From the NCBI GenBank assembly GCA_965279515.1, contig CBDIID010000003.1:3808001-3872000 (forward strand): a stretch of DNA of 64,000 nt, in the 5' to 3' direction. Every line of letters begins with the position of its first letter. Within the stretch, counting starts at the first letter, position 1. The translations under genes and the position numbers were made by a program. The notes beneath the pieces are model-generated. The model searched no databases and was not told the DNA's origin. It saw only the letters and a program-made list of their open reading frames with translations. Below, piece by piece: positions 50,138-60,967 of this stretch. This stretch comes from Turneriella sp. GTDB lineage: Bacteria; Spirochaetota; Leptospiria; Turneriellales; Turneriellaceae.

Positions 50138-50398
50138 GGAAACTCCCAACACGCTTAGATTGGTAACAAAGGGGATTTCCTCTTGAACCAGCTATAGATG
50201 GGGTTAGTTAAGAGCGGGGTGCCAAAAAATTCGGGGGGATTGATGCTGATGACGCCTTTTTTAATTGATTATTTAATGATATATTTTTAAAGAAATCGAT
50301 ACATTCAAAAAATTGACTTAGACGACGCTGAGTTAAATTTCACGACACCATGTCTTAATTTTTTTCGGTGGACGACTGTTTTTCAAAAGGAGGAATTT

Positions 50399-52951
50399 AT
50401 GAAGTCGAAAATTTTATCTTTGATAGCGCTTACCCTTATGGCGGCGCATTGTTCCAAACAAACGGAAAAGACGGTAACCGTGACGAATGAAGTCAAGGTG
50501 CCGGTCGAAGCGACCCATGTCGAGGCTTTGGTGGCGGCTGACGCCGGGGCATCCCTCAGCATTGGTAATAAAATACAGCTTATTGTGCCCGCGGGTGCGC
50601 TGAACCAGGACACCAATATCTCTGTCCACAAGGCTGCTGTCGCAACACCCAGTGAAAATCTGGTTCCGCTGACGAATTCGGTTGAGCTGGGCGCGCACGG
50701 CGTGGAGTTCAATAAACCCGTGTCGCTCAACGTCTGCTATGACCCTGCAACCCTCGCGGCGCAGAATCTTAAGGAGGAGACTGTTGCGGTCTATTACGTC
50801 GACCCTGCTACCGGGGAATATGCATCCGTAGGTGGCTCTGTAAATAAAGCCTCGCATTGCATTACCGCCGATTTACAGCATTTTTCAACCTATCTGGTCG
50901 CTGCGCAGATTCTGCAGGGTGGTAACAACGCCCCTGTAATTTCAGCACCGACGCTTCTGCCGACGGCACCGATGGCCGGCCTGCCGCTGCGCCTCTCGAC
51001 CGTCATCACCGATTTTGAACAGAGTACGGTCAACGGCCAGATTGGTTTTGGCCAGATCGCAACAGCAAAACTTTTCTACCGGGTTTATCAGGGTGATGTG
51101 AATGCCGCCCCTTATACCGAGGTTGCCCTGGCGCCGGATTACAATGATGCGACCGGTACGCGGTATACGGCGAAAATTCCTGCAAACACGGTCACGACTG
51201 CTGGGCTCGAGTATTATATCCGCGCGGTAGATAATTTAGGGCTCGCAAAATTGCGCTACCCGACCAAGGTCGCCAACCAGCCATCGATTGTTATCAACCG
51301 CACAGCAACGGGCCTGTCGTTCCAGACGAATGTGGTCACCGATCTCGCCGCCGGTTTTAAGCGTTCTTACACCGTTAAGGGCAATGATAATCTCGGCGGC
51401 AGCTACAATGTCGAAGTGGAATCCTTTGCGGTAAACAACAGCATTGGTAATGCAGTCCAATTGTCTTCCGCGGTAGTCCAATTTACCGCCACGACTGCAG
51501 GTGCGCAGAACTATCGCATCGGCTCGCTGACGGTAAATTCAGGTGCATTTACGCTGACATCGCAGGATATCCGCGTGCATGCAGGCATGCTCGACCATAT
51601 CGCACTGCTCTCACCCGCTGGCGTTGTGTTGGGAAATTCGATCACCGTGAACGCGAACTCAACCTATGACTTTGATGTTTTGGGCTACGATGCCTATGGC
51701 AATACGACAAATGTACTGCCGCTGTTTGTGATCGTACCGGTCTCAGGCGCAGGCACGATTTCGCCGACAGGCCTCTACACCGCGCCTGCGACGGCACAGA
51801 CAGCGACGCTGGTCGCGACGCTCGACGGTGTGCAGGATAGTATTTTGATTAATGTGGTGGTCAATTCTGGGTGGATGGTGACTGGAAGCTTAAATGGTTC
51901 GCGCTATTGTCATACCGCCACTCGTCTTACCGATGGCCGTGTGCTTCTAACTGGTGGGTATTCTGACGTTACCGGTGCACTTCAGAATGTTTCTGAGATA
52001 TTTGACCCTAATGGTAATGCTGGTGCGGGCATGTTTGTTATCACTGCTCCTATGATTTCTTCAAGAACGTGCCATACGGCCACCCTATTACCTGACGGTC
52101 GAGTGTTCATTACAGGCGGATATAATGGTATCGCTAGCAATTCAAATTACAGTTCTGAAATTTTCGACCCTAACGGAAATGGGGGGGCTGGGGTTTTTAC
52201 GCTTACCGCTCCGATGTCTGTACCAAGGCAATTTCATGAAGCCACACTCTTGAACGATGGTCGCGTTTTGCTTACAGGTTCTTATGACTCAACGTTAGGT
52301 CAAATTAGCGCTGAAATTTTTGATCCTGCGGGCAATGGCGGTCTTGGTAGCATTGTTTCTACCGCCAATATGATGATGCGAAGAGGGGCTCACACAGCAA
52401 CCAAGCTATCGGATGGCCGGGTTGCAATTATTGGGGGCGTAGGTTCTGGAGTATTTATATCAGCTACGGAAATCTTTGACTCAGCAGGAAATGCAGGCAC
52501 AGGTAGCTTCACGTTGACATCTAATATTTCCTCACAAAGGCATTTCCATACAGCAACGCTCCTGGCGGATAACCGTGTGCTCATTACGGGCGGCACGGAT
52601 AACACACAGTTGAGCGGTTCTGAATTTTTCGATCCCGCAGGCAATGGTGGTTTGGGTAGCTTTAGTGTTGCTGCTAGCATGTCCTCGGCAAGGTCTTTAG
52701 CAACCGCAATGCTCCTGGCAGATAACCGTGTACTCATCAGCGGCGGCTCGGATCAAACAGGCCCACTTAGCAGCTCTGAAATTTTTGATCCCATAGGCAA
52801 TGGTGGTTTGGGTAGCTTCAGCATTGCTGCTAACATGTCTTCGCCGAGAGTTTATCACCGAGCAGTAATATTAGCCGATGGTCGTGTCCTCATTACTGGC
52901 GGGTATAATGGCGTAAATGCCTCAGATACTGCCGAAATTTATCAGCCATAA
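50399..52951 (+). CDS. Large surface lipoprotein: ZU5-like + Ig-like stalk + 7 Kelch repeats
   Basis: SD AGGAGG, lipobox AAHC, VPAGAL...FNKPV...HFSTY ZU5-like segment, 7x R..H.A.LL.DGRV.I.GG...EIFDP. Confidence 0.85.
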   Translation: MKSKILSLIALTLMAAHCSKQTEKTVTVTNEVKVPVEATHVEALVAADAGASLSIGNKIQLIVPAGALNQDTNISVHKAAVATPSENLVPLTNSVELGAHGVEFNKPVSLNVCYDPATLAAQNLKEETVAVYYVDPATGEYASVGGSVNKASHCITADLQHFSTYLVAAQILQGGNNAPVISAPTLLPTAPMAGLPLRLSTVITDFEQSTVNGQIGFGQIATAKLFYRVYQGDVNAAPYTEVALAPDYNDATGTRYTAKIPANTVTTAGLEYYIRAVDNLGLAKLRYPTKVANQPSIVINRTATGLSFQTNVVTDLAAGFKRSYTVKGNDNLGGSYNVEVESFAVNNSIGNAVQLSSAVVQFTATTAGAQNYRIGSLTVNSGAFTLTSQDIRVHAGMLDHIALLSPAGVVLGNSITVNANSTYDFDVLGYDAYGNTTNVLPLFVIVPVSGAGTISPTGLYTAPATAQTATLVATLDGVQDSILINVVVNSGWMVTGSLNGSRYCHTATRLTDGRVLLTGGYSDVTGALQNVSEIFDPNGNAGAGMFVITAPMISSRTCHTATLLPDGRVFITGGYNGIASNSNYSSEIFDPNGNGGAGVFTLTAPMSVPRQFHEATLLNDGRVLLTGSYDSTLGQISAEIFDPAGNGGLGSIVSTANMMMRRGAHTATKLSDGRVAIIGGVGSGVFISATEIFDSAGNAGTGSFTLTSNISSQRHFHTATLLADNRVLITGGTDNTQLSGSEFFDPAGNGGLGSFSVAASMSSARSLATAMLLADNRVLISGGSDQTGPLSSSEIFDPIGNGGLGSFSIAANMSSPRVYHRAVILADGRVLITGGYNGVNASDTAEIYQP

Positions 52952-52972
52952 TCAGGCGGTCTGAGCAGAGCC

Positions 52973-53001
52973 AAAGCCACCAGAAGGTGGCTTTTTTATT
53001 T
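52973..53001 (+). terminator. Rho-independent terminator
   Basis: AAAGCCACC-AGAA-GGTGGCTTT followed by a T-run. Confidence 0.8.
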
Positions 53002-53212
53002 CTACGGCCCAAAGAGTTGACTGTCACTCTGGCGCGCCGCACCAAACAGTTACACTTGTTTACTTTTTTTGGCCCCGAAAACTTCCCCAAGGCATATAGT
53101 CGTATACAAAGTTAGTGTAGCCGGGGGTATACCTACGCAATTCTACGCGAATTGTCGTACCAAATTGCCTTAAGCTCGTCTAACCCAGAGAGACAAACCG
53201 CAGGAGACAACA

Positions 53213-56200
53213 ATGAGCCAGGTAAAAAGACACCTTAAAGTGGGGATTTCCCTCTTTATAACAGCGCTATTCGCGCTGAATTGTGCGCGTTCATCGAAAA
53301 CGCAATTTTCGCAAAATCTAGAAGCCGACGCAGGTAAAGCCGCGCCGACCTATGAACAGTGGGTTGCTCTGGTCGGGCAAAGCAAAACAGATGCTCTCTA
53401 CGCGGGTGTGGGTCAAGATAGTCTCAACTTGCTCACCTATGGTATCGGCCAGTCGAACATGGTGCAACTAATCAACGCTATTACTTCAACCGATAAGCTC
53501 ATTACTCTCGTTGGGAATGATAACAACGTTGGTACCGGTCCCGGCGGTCGCACTGGTCTCGGTGTGGTCGTCACGCTTTATTTGGTTCTTCAAGTCGATG
53601 CGCAAATGCAGATTAACATCTCCTCAAATCTGCCCGCGCCCGGTGGCTCGACACCGACTGACAATGATACGATCGCTAACCTTGCGAGCGTCGTGAATAC
53701 ATTATCTTCAGCTGAGGTTCAAACCAAGATGGTTGATTTGTTCGGTACTACCGGTGCTGGTCTCGGGTTTGATCTTTCTCGCAGTCTCGCAGCCGCAACG
53801 ACTGAAACAGTTCCGAATCAGCTTCTTTATGTCCAGCGCATGGCGAAAGTTGTGGCGCATGTATCTCCAACAGCCTCATCTTGCGCAGCGAAACTCTGCC
53901 CGCTCATGACAGGCCTAACCGCTGCGGAAGTTACGGGTAAACTGGCCCCTATGATTAAGGGCGTTACAAGCGCGGACAAACTCGTAGAAACAATCGAATC
54001 TACGGCAGCGATTGCCAACCTTATCACAGTAATGCAAGGTGTAACTGTCGCGAATGTGACGGCAAAGATGGTGCCGATTATCAACGCTGTTACAGACTGC
54101 ACCAAAATGGGCTATACTATTAATAATGTGACAACCCTCGCAACGCTTATTAACATTATCAACAATGTTCAAGTGCCCGCCAACATGGGAACTTTGCTCA
54201 ATCTCGCAGAAAACGGCGCGACCTGGGCATCTCAGGTTTCACCGGCTGAAACATGGGGTGTTCCGACCAAAGCGGCACCGTTTGGGACTGCTGGCACGGG
54301 CTTGACCCACCAATATAACCTGACAAGCGGTACAGGTACGGTTCCCATTGGTGCTTTCGCCATAGCTGGTGGTAGCGGCGGTTCAAACTACCTGCCGGGG
54401 GTTACTGTTACGGTAACGGGTTGCACGGTTCAGCCGACGGTGCACTTGAATATATCATCTGGTATCATTCAGACAACGGGTCACTATGTGACGACAGCCG
54501 GTACTGGTTGCGGGGCCAACGGATTGAAGGGGTTGACCGTAGTTACTCCCGCCACATCTAAAACAACCATGGCACGCCTCATTGACATTATCAACGGCCT
54601 AGCTCCAGCTGCTACCTACTATAAACTCCTGAACCTGGTCGATGGCGTCACAGACATGACTAAAATGGTTCGCCTGATTCAGGATTTAATGGTGGCCGAT
54701 GACGTTGTCGACCTGATGAATAATATGAGCGGCCTTGCAGGAACTGGTGGAACTTGTACTGTTCCCAACGGTACAGATACCGTTACCATTGGTGGCGGTG
54801 GTGGTGCGGGCGCAACGGCGGTTTCGTTTAATGTGGGCGGGCAAATCGCCTACATTCGTATGACGGCAAACGGAGCGGGTTATACCAGCCAGCCGGCCAT
54901 GAGTGTCCCGGGTTGTACTGGGGCACCGCTGACGTTTACCGCAGTTGGGCCGACGGCCGACGGCAGGCGGTGCGCCAATCACAATGATTTCAGTAAACAA
55001 CCCGCTGAACAACCTTGTCCAAGTCGTGGAGCAGTTGTCGCTGGCAAATATGCCTCGCTTGCAACAGGTCATGGATGGTCAGAGGACTTTTGATAATACC
55101 GGTACGCAGCCCAATGCGTCTCTCACGACGACTTATTTGGGTAAGCTGAACGTGCTGATGCAAAATTTGTCGCAAGGTCAAGAAGGCCCCCTCAAAGTTG
55201 GCGACCTGCTTGCCGGTGTGACGAACACAGATAAGATCATCGATTTGATCTGGGGTGTGACAACCACAACGAATCTCTCAACGGTCATCAATGGTATTTT
55301 TAAATCTACCGAAGTGCCGGGTTGCAGTGATGGTAGTGCTGGTACCTTTGTCGGTCCCAGCACTACAACCGCTTCTGACACGGGAACCTGCGAAAACTCG
55401 GGTAACGGCTTCTTCTACGGCGAGCGTGATCGTGCTGTAACGACGCTGGTTTATTTGGTGGAAAACGTTGCGAATGCGGCAAAGCTGATCTCGATGATCG
55501 ATAACATCACACCGGCGAATGTGATCGCCTTGGTGAACCACACAGCCACGTACAGCCAGCACGCGGATGGTACACCACATGTTTACCCGCGTGGTGCTGT
55601 GGGTCTGGATGCTCAAGCTGCCGGTAAGCGCCTTACAAAAATCGTCGATAATACAACCACCATCGCCCAGCTTGTATTCGTAACGAATAACGTGAGTTCG
55701 ATGATTAAGATGTCTAAACTCGTATCTTTTATGGATATTGGAACTGTGGCGACAGACGGTACGGGAAAAATGGCGACTTTGATCAATGCCATCGGCGGCA
55801 CCAACTGTTATCTTTCAACAACAGTCCCCGGTCGTGGTAACACGACAGCTGTAGCCCCGGGCGGCAGTGCAGCCTGCGTGACACAGAACAGCCAGAATGC
55901 GACCGGCATGGGTAAGATGGTCAACGTGGTTGACTTCGTTGCCGGTAGTACAGTGTCCGATGCGATGGTTCAGTTGAAAAATCTCCTGAATGACGTAACT
56001 GATATCAACAAAACCGCCGACCTCATTAACCAGACTGTGAATTCTTCAAACATTGTTGGTCTTCTCAATGGTGTGACCGATGTGCGCTATGGTACTTCGA
56101 CGACTGCGCTGGTATCTCTTCTCAACAACCTGCCGCGGGGTGAGATCAGCAAGATGGTTTCGCTCGTGGGTGAGATCGGCAACGCTTCCGGTACTGCGAC

Positions 56201-57716
56201 AGCAACCTTTCCGGGTGATGACCACGTGTTGATCGCACAGTTGATGTCAAACTACGTATCGGGTTCAATTGCGACAACGTCGGGTGTGGGTGTTGCTCGT
56301 ATGAGCGAGATGATTGGCTCGTTGAACGTATCGGGTGGTCAGAACTATACGACGGCTCCGGCCGTGGGTGGTTTGAATGCGGGCGGCGGTACAGGTGCAA
56401 CTGCAACGGCGACTATCTCTGCAGCCCTCGGCACGGTTACCAAAGTGACGCTGACGGGTGAGGGGGTCTGTACGGTAGCGCCTACCGGTGCAACCGTTGG
56501 CGGTGGCGGCACAGGTGCGACTGTCTCGGTCGTAACCGCCCCAACGTCCGCTTCAGCAACAAACTTCAAAGTTAAAGCGGTTTATCTGACGAATGGCGGT
56601 TCAGGTTATACAGCTTCGACGCTGACCTTTACGGGCGGAACCTGCGGTACCGCGCCAACGGCCACGACGCAGATTAACGGCGTCATCGGTGTCAGCGTGA
56701 CCAATGGTGGTACCGGTTATACAGATAGCTTCAGCTCACCGACTGTTACGTTCACAGGCGGTGGTGGTACGGGCGCATCTGCAACAGCTCTTGTTGCGGG
56801 TCCGATCAACACACTAACCAGCTTTTACGGCGGCGCTGGTTATACCAACGGGCAGATTTGCCCCATCCGCGGTGCCGGTGGTTCAGGTGGTACATGTACG
56901 GTCGCCGTTACGGGTAGTGCGGTTACCGGCTGCAGTGCAATTGCCGGTGGTTCGGGTTATATTGACGGTCAAATTGTTTCGATTGGCGGTGGTGCTACGG
57001 TTCGTGGCGTGCTCACGGGCACAAATCTTACCAGCATGACCGTCGAAAATAGCGGCTGCGGTTATGGTGCAGCTCCAACTGTTACAGTCCTAACCGGTGC
57101 GAACGAATGTGCGACTGCAGGTACTTATGCCGCTAACCTGACGGCGGGTCGTGTGACATCTATCACCGTTACTACGGCAGCAACGGGCTGTCCGGCCAAC
57201 CCGACGATTGTCATCGGTCAGGCTCCGTATGCGGCGCACGGCGATGGTGCGACGGCGATCGTCAATAACGTCACTGGTGGTACGGTTGTTGCAATCAGCA
57301 TCTCATCGGCATCGGATAGCCTTGCACAGCTGCTCACCAACACAGAGAAAGCTCCGCGCGGTGCGGCGGTTAACTATAATGGTGCGACAACGCCTAACGT
57401 TTCAGCGCGCGAGGCGATGGTGCGCATGCTGCACCACGGCGTCAGCCATACCAGTGCCGGTTATACGGTAAGCCCTGCGCCTTATCCAGGTATAGGACCG
57501 GTACACATCGCGCAGAATGTGCTCAACAACCTGAGCGGTGCGGGTTCGGTGATGACCGTGGTGAATATGCTCAACAGCGATTCGACCAGCCTTACAGACT
57601 TGGTGGTCTTGATTGGCTGCGGTGATCATGTCGAGTACGCGAATGGCAACACGCTGCCGCTTACCGACAACGACTTCCACTTCTTCTGCTCAAGCCATAC
57701 GCCAACTCTCTGGTAA
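53213..57716 (+). pseudogene. Giant helical-repeat/beta-module lipoprotein (~1,498 aa if intact), frameshifted by a 7-bp tandem duplication
   Basis: SD CAGGAG, lipobox ALNC; ORFs 53213-55093 and 54945-57716 share repeat types; deleting one GGCCGAC at 54948-54961 joins them as TFTAVGPTAGGAPITMISV. Confidence 0.8.
54948..54964 (+). repeat. 7-bp tandem duplication GGCCGAC-GGCCGAC-GGC
   Basis: Read directly from the sequence at the frameshift. Confidence 0.9.
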
Positions 57717-57740
57717 CAGGCTGAACAAGAGAATAACAGT

Positions 57741-57770
57741 AAAAGGGCCGCGCAAGCGGCCTTTTTATTT
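57741..57770 (+). terminator. Rho-independent terminator/attenuator after the giant gene
   Basis: GGCCGC-GCAA-GCGGCC followed by TTTTTATTT. Confidence 0.8.
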
Positions 57771-57801
57771 AGAGCTGCCGGCTTCGGTTCGTATGGCGTA
57801 G

Positions 57802-58782
57802 TTGTCGATAATCATACGTCTAATACAACAAGTGCGCGCGCTGATCTTAATGATTTTCCTGATTTTACCGCCGGTGTTGCCGCTCAGCGCAGGCGCCCGC
57901 ATTTCACTCGGCTATGGCATGCAGCTGAATTCGATGCTGAATTCAACGTTTAACGGAAATCTCGGCAAAATGGTCCTGAATGAAAGTGGTCAGGCGCTCA
58001 ACGGTACCAGCGGCACGAATGCCTACAGCAGCGTTTGGTCTGCGAGCGGCAGTGATACGGCAGCGTATGCGCTGGTGCATCTGCCCGAGCTGCGCATCGC
58101 TGCCGACCTGGGTGCGCCGCAGGCTTTTCACCTGGGCGTGTTCGCCTCTGTGTCGGGTCTCGTGCCGCAGACATCGGCGTATTATTTGGGTTCGTACCAA
58201 CTGAGCGAAGCGGCCACGTGTTCGGGTATTAATTACAATAAATGCCCGCTCGCGGCGACGAACTTTGTGGCTGCCAGCGGCAATGCGACATACGACGCCG
58301 AGCTGCGTTCTAACCTGCGCTTTATGAATGTCATCGCGGGTCTGACATTCGGTAAAAAAATTGCCACCATCGCGACGGGCGATGTGATACTGAACGGCGA
58401 ATTCGGCATCAATGTGCAGGCATTTTCTGTGAGCTCGCAGTTTGTCGCTTCGCGCTGCTCGGGTGGCGGTTCAACGCCCTGTGCGAGTACCTCTCAGGTG
58501 CGTGTTATACAGTCAGAGCTCAAGACAGCGTCGACGTATGCGCTGGGGCCAGTTCTGGGCGTGAGCCTGCGCTATGAGCGGCCACAGGCGTTTTGGTTCG
58601 TCGAACTCAATGCTGCAGCGACGGTTTTATTTTACCGCCTGGAAAATTCCGGCTATACGAGCTTCGTCGCCGGCGGTACGATTGCCTTTTCGCAGACGGC
58701 GACGGCGCAGGGCGTTGAAGCGGCGCAAAATGTTTTTGCAGTGCTACCAGCGGTGACACTGAGATTTGGGGTGCGCCTGTGA
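57802..58782 (+). CDS. Predicted outer-membrane beta-barrel protein (type A)
   Basis: Signal peptide, alternating hydrophobic strands, C-terminal VTLRFGVRL, paired Cys loops. Confidence 0.65.
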   Translation: MSIIIRLIQQVRALILMIFLILPPVLPLSAGARISLGYGMQLNSMLNSTFNGNLGKMVLNESGQALNGTSGTNAYSSVWSASGSDTAAYALVHLPELRIAADLGAPQAFHLGVFASVSGLVPQTSAYYLGSYQLSEAATCSGINYNKCPLAATNFVAASGNATYDAELRSNLRFMNVIAGLTFGKKIATIATGDVILNGEFGINVQAFSVSSQFVASRCSGGGSTPCASTSQVRVIQSELKTASTYALGPVLGVSLRYERPQAFWFVELNAAATVLFYRLENSGYTSFVAGGTIAFSQTATAQGVEAAQNVFAVLPAVTLRFGVRL

Positions 58783-59798
58783 AGCGGCTGTCGTCATTGC
58801 CTACTTCTATACGTCTTATTACCTATGCGGGGGCGGCTTTAATGCTGGGTAGTTTAGCTGCCGCCGAGCCCCTTAAATCCGATAAGGTCGTGTTGCGGGC
58901 TTCTGAGGCTCCAGGAAAGATTACCGACGAAAAAGGCGAGGCGGTGGTAAAACGGCCGTCGTATTTCAGCATATTTCTCGGCAACCGGTTTTCTTTACCT
59001 GATTCGAATGCCGCTGCGAATGCGAAGACCTTTGCTGAAAATAATATTTTGCGCACGGGTGAGACCATCTATAGATCCACCGGCGCCACGCTCGCTGAAG
59101 AGAAATTCAGCCCCGGCCTTGAGCCGCAGCTGCGCGCCGAGTGGGAGATCCCCTTTGAACGCATTTCTTTTTTGCCGCAATGGTCAAAATTCGCCGCACA
59201 CCTTTCTTTCGAAGGTGGATTCACTTCGGCGCAGAATACCCTGACCTCGAGCGGGCCGTTTCGTTATCAGAATAGCCAGGCGAATGCCGCCGAACTCACC
59301 GATCTCACTTACACGGGCAGTCTCACCGTCAGTGAAAAGCGGCAGAATCTGACGCCCATGCTGGGTGTCGGCGTGGCGCTTCCCGCCCAGGGTGATTTTA
59401 AATTTCTCTTTCGCATGGCTGCCGGCGTTTCGTTGCAAAACGGGCAACGCACGTACGAGCTGACGCTGAATCCCCAGTATGTTTCCGCAACCAGCAATCC
59501 GACTTATAGTGACACCTATGTCATAAAAAGCTCGGTCACGCAATCGTATGCGATGGCGATTTTGCCGGCGGGTCGCGCTGAGCTCGGGGTAAGAATGCGC
59601 ATTGCACAGCGCATGCATTTGTCCCTGATCGGCTCTATGACCGTGCTTTACGGCGTTCTGCCATTTGATACCACGGGCACATTCACAGAGCAGGGCGGGC
59701 AAAAAACGGTGTATCAAAAGGTTATTACGGGCATCAGCGATGAGGATTCCCTGCGCCTGATTCCCGCTGTTTTTTTGGCACTGAGTATTGAGTTATGA
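58779..59798 (+). CDS. Predicted outer-membrane beta-barrel protein (type B)
   Basis: GTGA overlap, signal peptide, beta-strand pattern, C-terminal VFLALSIEL. Confidence 0.65.
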   Translation: MKRLSSLPTSIRLITYAGAALMLGSLAAAEPLKSDKVVLRASEAPGKITDEKGEAVVKRPSYFSIFLGNRFSLPDSNAAANAKTFAENNILRTGETIYRSTGATLAEEKFSPGLEPQLRAEWEIPFERISFLPQWSKFAAHLSFEGGFTSAQNTLTSSGPFRYQNSQANAAELTDLTYTGSLTVSEKRQNLTPMLGVGVALPAQGDFKFLFRMAAGVSLQNGQRTYELTLNPQYVSATSNPTYSDTYVIKSSVTQSYAMAILPAGRAELGVRMRIAQRMHLSLIGSMTVLYGVLPFDTTGTFTEQGGQKTVYQKVITGISDEDSLRLIPAVFLALSIEL

Positions 59799-60967
59799 AC
59801 ATGTATAATAAACACGTGTTCACTAAGTTTTTTAAGCCTTTATCGGCAGCGATCGCTGTGTCTATAGCGATGTGCTCGCTGAATTTTTCTCCTCTGCACG
59901 CGCAGGCAGCCGGAGGTATTCAGTTAAAGAAGAAGACCACTAAAAAACGTATCGATGCCAAAGGCAATCTCGTCGAAGAGCAGGCCGCCGTTGAAGATAT
60001 GTACAACGAGACGAATATCGGTTCGATCGCGCAGCTTGACCCGCGCGCCAACCGCGCCTTCTTCACGCACACGTGGTTCATCAAGGCTTCGACAACGGTA
60101 AACTATTTCAATCTCGGCAACGAGTTCAACGGCGTTATCAAACAGATCGAGGGCGCCTTCGGCGGAGATACGCTGAGCATGAATCTCTTTACGATCGACG
60201 GCAAAATTTCCATGAATACGGCGGACCAGATACAGCGGGCGCCGACGCACTTTCTGCCGACGGGCAACCTTTCGCTCGGCTTCTATCTTGGTAGCCACCA
60301 GATCGAACTCGAATTTGGTCTCGCCGGTCTTGTGCCGCTGAAGACTGTCGATAGCAGCACGAGCATGACGCTGCAGGATAAATCATCGAATTGTTCGGGC
60401 ACCGGTTGCAAACTTGCATCGATGGGTTTCGTGAATCCGGGTTCCCGCATCGGGCAATACGATTTCAAAATGACGATGAATGAAGACGTCTGGATTCTCA
60501 CGCCGTCGTTGGCCTACGATTATATTTTTCTGACGCGTAAATGGGGGCGCCTGAGTCTCGGCGGCGCGGTCGGCGCGATGATTCTTTCGACTTCGCAGCA
60601 GATTGCCTTCAAGGCCGTGCGCACCGACCTCACGCAGGTCGAAGCCCCGCTGGATTACCTGAAGCAGCGTATCTTGCAGGGTACTGCAAATTCCACGAAC
60701 GTGACGGACATTGGGCCGATTTTTCGTCTGCATGTAACGTACCGGCCGCCGCCGATGACAAAATTCTGGAACACGCAGATGGAAGTGCGGGTCGGCGGTA
60801 ACTATGGTTTTGTTTACCTGAACCGCGACGTCGACGGCACGGGCCAGGCTGTATTGGGCGACACTCTGGCGGGTACGTTTCCTCTGACGACACTTGGCTT
60901 TAAAAGCCATGAAGTGAATAAGTTCGAGCTGCTCGGGGGATTTATTCAGGTGGGGATAGTGTTTTGA
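59795..60967 (+). CDS. Predicted outer-membrane beta-barrel protein (type A')
   Basis: ATGA overlap, signal peptide ending LHA, C-terminal FIQVGIVF. Confidence 0.7.
   Translation: MNMYNKHVFTKFFKPLSAAIAVSIAMCSLNFSPLHAQAAGGIQLKKKTTKKRIDAKGNLVEEQAAVEDMYNETNIGSIAQLDPRANRAFFTHTWFIKASTTVNYFNLGNEFNGVIKQIEGAFGGDTLSMNLFTIDGKISMNTADQIQRAPTHFLPTGNLSLGFYLGSHQIELEFGLAGLVPLKTVDSSTSMTLQDKSSNCSGTGCKLASMGFVNPGSRIGQYDFKMTMNEDVWILTPSLAYDYIFLTRKWGRLSLGGAVGAMILSTSQQIAFKAVRTDLTQVEAPLDYLKQRILQGTANSTNVTDIGPIFRLHVTYRPPPMTKFWNTQMEVRVGGNYGFVYLNRDVDGTGQAVLGDTLAGTFPLTTLGFKSHEVNKFELLGGFIQVGIVF

Noticed and set aside
50205..50230. TTGGCAC on the minus strand upstream of the lipase as a sigma54 promoter
   Set aside because: No GC at the -12 position
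53075..53165. Short repeats (CTACGC x2, GTATAC x2) and a weak sigma28-like motif upstream of the giant gene
   Set aside because: Too short or too degenerate to distinguish from chance
53213..57716. Prophage or tailocin interpretation of the Gly/Thr modules
   Set aside because: The protein has a lipoprotein signal, and no capsid, sheath, tube, integrase or lysis genes are present
54945..57716. 923-aa ORF as an independent gene
   Set aside because: No SD or signal peptide, starts in mid-module, and is explained by the 7-bp frameshift
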